From: Paraspadella gotoi
Taxonomy: Eukaryota; Animalia; Chaetognatha
Reading direction: 5' to 3'
NCBI GenBank assembly: GCA_051294375.1
Contig: CM119264.1
Span: forward strand, 3,876,247 to 3,940,246
Length of the DNA: 64,000 nucleotides
The notes beneath the pieces are model-generated. The model was not told the origin of the DNA, made no database searches, and saw only the letters and a program-made list of their open reading frames with translations. Positions 61,596 through 64,000 of this stretch are shown here, in pieces; the first letter of the stretch is position 1; each line of letters opens with the position of its first letter. The position numbers were made by a program, and so were the translations under genes.

Positions 61596-61948
61596 CGCAA
61601 CACGTTGTTAAGCCACGAATCCATGCTTAATTCACAGCAAATAAAGCTTTACCTAAGGACTCAAATTTTGAGGCGGATAAATGTTCCGTTTTCTCTCGAC
61701 TGATAACCAACGATTCTTTCAACCATCCAAGAAAAGCTTCGACGCAGAATATCTTCCTCTCCCTTTTTCGGTCGCCATCTTGAAAACGATAATGTCCCCT
61801 TCGACTCAAAATCTCCGTCCATCGTCGTCGGCGTCCAAAAACCCGACGCTTTTTTTGGGCGGGGGTCAAAAGGTTTAAACCGGCGTCTGAGAACAATCGC
61901 CATCATAAATCCTCTACGAAGGATAAACAACTGGAAAAAAAACGAAGA

Positions 61949-61983
<35 letters not shown>

Positions 61984-62081
61984 AGGTGGTCGCGCTTGGC
62001 GGAGGACGGAAATGGAAGCGGCCCCAGGTGGAGCCGCGTCGCCGGACAGGAAATCAATTTTGACGACATAGAAGAGAGAGA

Positions 62082-62143
<62 letters not shown>

Positions 62144-63468
62144 CGCGGCGACTACATTGAATTCTCCAGGGAGCGTCATGAATTTCTTTATCGACGAAAG
62201 TGGCCAGCGACGGAGATTGGAGAGTTTTTTCGTCGCTGTCGTTGAAGCGAAGATCCGCCATCAACGGTCGAGGTTGCAGAATCATTTCCTTTATGGATTC
62301 TCGGTCCAAACGCCTTCGATTTTGTTTCCGGCCATGTGCCGGCGTTTGGGACGAATGATATTGTGCGCACGGGCTGGTATGGGGCGTTGCACTATCATCG
62401 AAAATAATTTTTTTTCTTCGGAAAAAGTGTAGTCCATCGTACAAAAATATATATGCTTTTAATTAATTAGGGACTATCATCGGAAACCTCTCAAGCAATA
62501 TCAGTTGTCAAAAAATCATTTCTTTAGGAGATATAAGGCTTTTCTCTATTTCAGACTCACTTTGTCGAGCTATATTCAGGAACTTATGATGAATTTACTT
62601 TTTTTTTTAAATATTGATAAACAAACTGGATACCAAGCATGATTAAATACAAATTTGTTCTAAAAGGTTTTACTGTATCTGAGTTTTTGAAAAACTAGCT
62701 TAAAATATATAGGGAATCATGGGGAATCACTACCATTCTAATTAAATATAATGATTGATATTATAACGCCACTTGATGTTGTTCGGGATTTCATCCGCAA
62801 CGATCCGCAAATGAGTAATGCCAAAATGATTTTCAAATTAATTTTTTTTTCTAACACCCGATAAGAACCATTTACTAAGTAAATTATTTTTTAACTGCGA
62901 TTTTGAAGTGGTTTAACTTATTGAATCATTTTTTTCTCTTTAAAATTTTCATTTTACCGGTATTTGAGAGGTAAATAATTAAATAAAGCCAAAAAACTCC
63001 GCTTAGCGTTTGATTCATCTTTAGGAAACGTAAAAAATAAAATGAAACATTTTTGTCCTTTTTGGAAATATTAAAAATTTATTGGAATAACTCTAAAGTT
63101 TTCAAGAATTACTCGTGTTAAGCTATCCGAATATGTTCATTAGTTATNNNNNNNNNNNNNNNNNNNNNNNNNACTTTTTCCGAGAAAAAAAATTATTTCG
63201 ATGATAGTGCAACGCCCCATACCAGCCCGTGCACAATATCATCGTCCCAAACGCCGGCACATGGGCGGAAACAAATCGAAGGCGTTTGGACCGAGAATCC
63301 ATAAAGGAAATGATTCTGCAACCTCGACCGTTGATGGCGGATCTTCGCTTCAACGACAGCGACGAAAAAACTCTCCAATCTCCGTCGCTGCCACTTTCGT
63401 CGATAAGAAATTCATGACGCTCCCTGGAGAAATTCAATGTAGTCGCCGCGTCTCTCTCTCTCTCTCTC

Positions 63469-63534
<66 letters not shown>

Positions 63535-64000
63535 TCTCTCTCTTATGTCGCAAAAATTGATTTCCTGTCCGGCGACGCGGCTCCACCTGGGGGCCGCTTC
63601 CATTTCCGTCCTGCCGCCAAGCGCGACCACCTGTCGTCGTCGTCGTCGTCGTTCTTCGTTTTTTTCCAGTTGTTTATCCTTCGTAGAGGATTTATGATGG
63701 CGATTGTTCTCAGACGCCGGTTTAACCTTTTGACCCCCCCAAAAAAAGCGTCGGGTTTTTGGACGCCGACGACGATGGACGGAGATTTTGAGTCGAAGGG
63801 GACATTATCGTTTTCAAGATGGCGACCGAAAAGGGAGAGGAGAGATATTCTGCGTCGAAGCTTTTCTTGGATGGTTGAAAGAATCGTTGGTTATCAGTCG
63901 AGAGAAAACGGAACATTTATCCGCCTCAAAATTTGAGTCCTTAGGTAAAGCTTTATTGCTTCGAATTAAGCATGGATTCGTGGCTTAACAACGTGTTGCG
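61596..64000. repeat. Inverted duplication (61596-62427 versus 63173-64000) flanking a 25-N gap
   Basis: Reverse-complement match with small indels. The same ORFs (MFILRRGFMMAIV..., RRRLDRESIKEMILQPRP...) appear on opposite strands. Confidence 0.9.

Overview
AT-rich eukaryotic (invertebrate animal-like) genomic DNA with GT-AG introns, abundant (GA/CT)n microsatellites, four N gaps and signs of unpolished long-read sequence. Three spliced genes can be reconstructed. (1) A secreted Cys-rich Ly6/uPAR (three-finger)-like gene on the minus strand (~777-2630). (2) A 7-exon animal heme peroxidase on the plus strand (13902-18667) with an atypical heme-linkage motif and a long charged tail. (3) A convergent 17-exon M1 glutamyl-aminopeptidase (ENPEP-like) gene on the minus strand (18959-29262). 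About 10 kb (32733-43030) is an indel-ridden second copy of 23365-32692, probably an assembly duplication; 5755-10940 and 61596-64000 show similar duplications. Two non-autonomous transposon families (a TIR MITE and Helentron/HINE-like elements) are dispersed through the window. The most interesting unexplained signals are RNA-level: a ~480-nt strongly structured segment antisense inside aminopeptidase intron 5, a cluster of structured snoRNA-like elements behind a promoter-like island at 43.2-44.2 kb, and a minimal Penelope-type hammerhead ribozyme motif in a peroxidase intron. Most long six-frame ORFs are microsatellite artefacts. All folding and gene models were done by eye.
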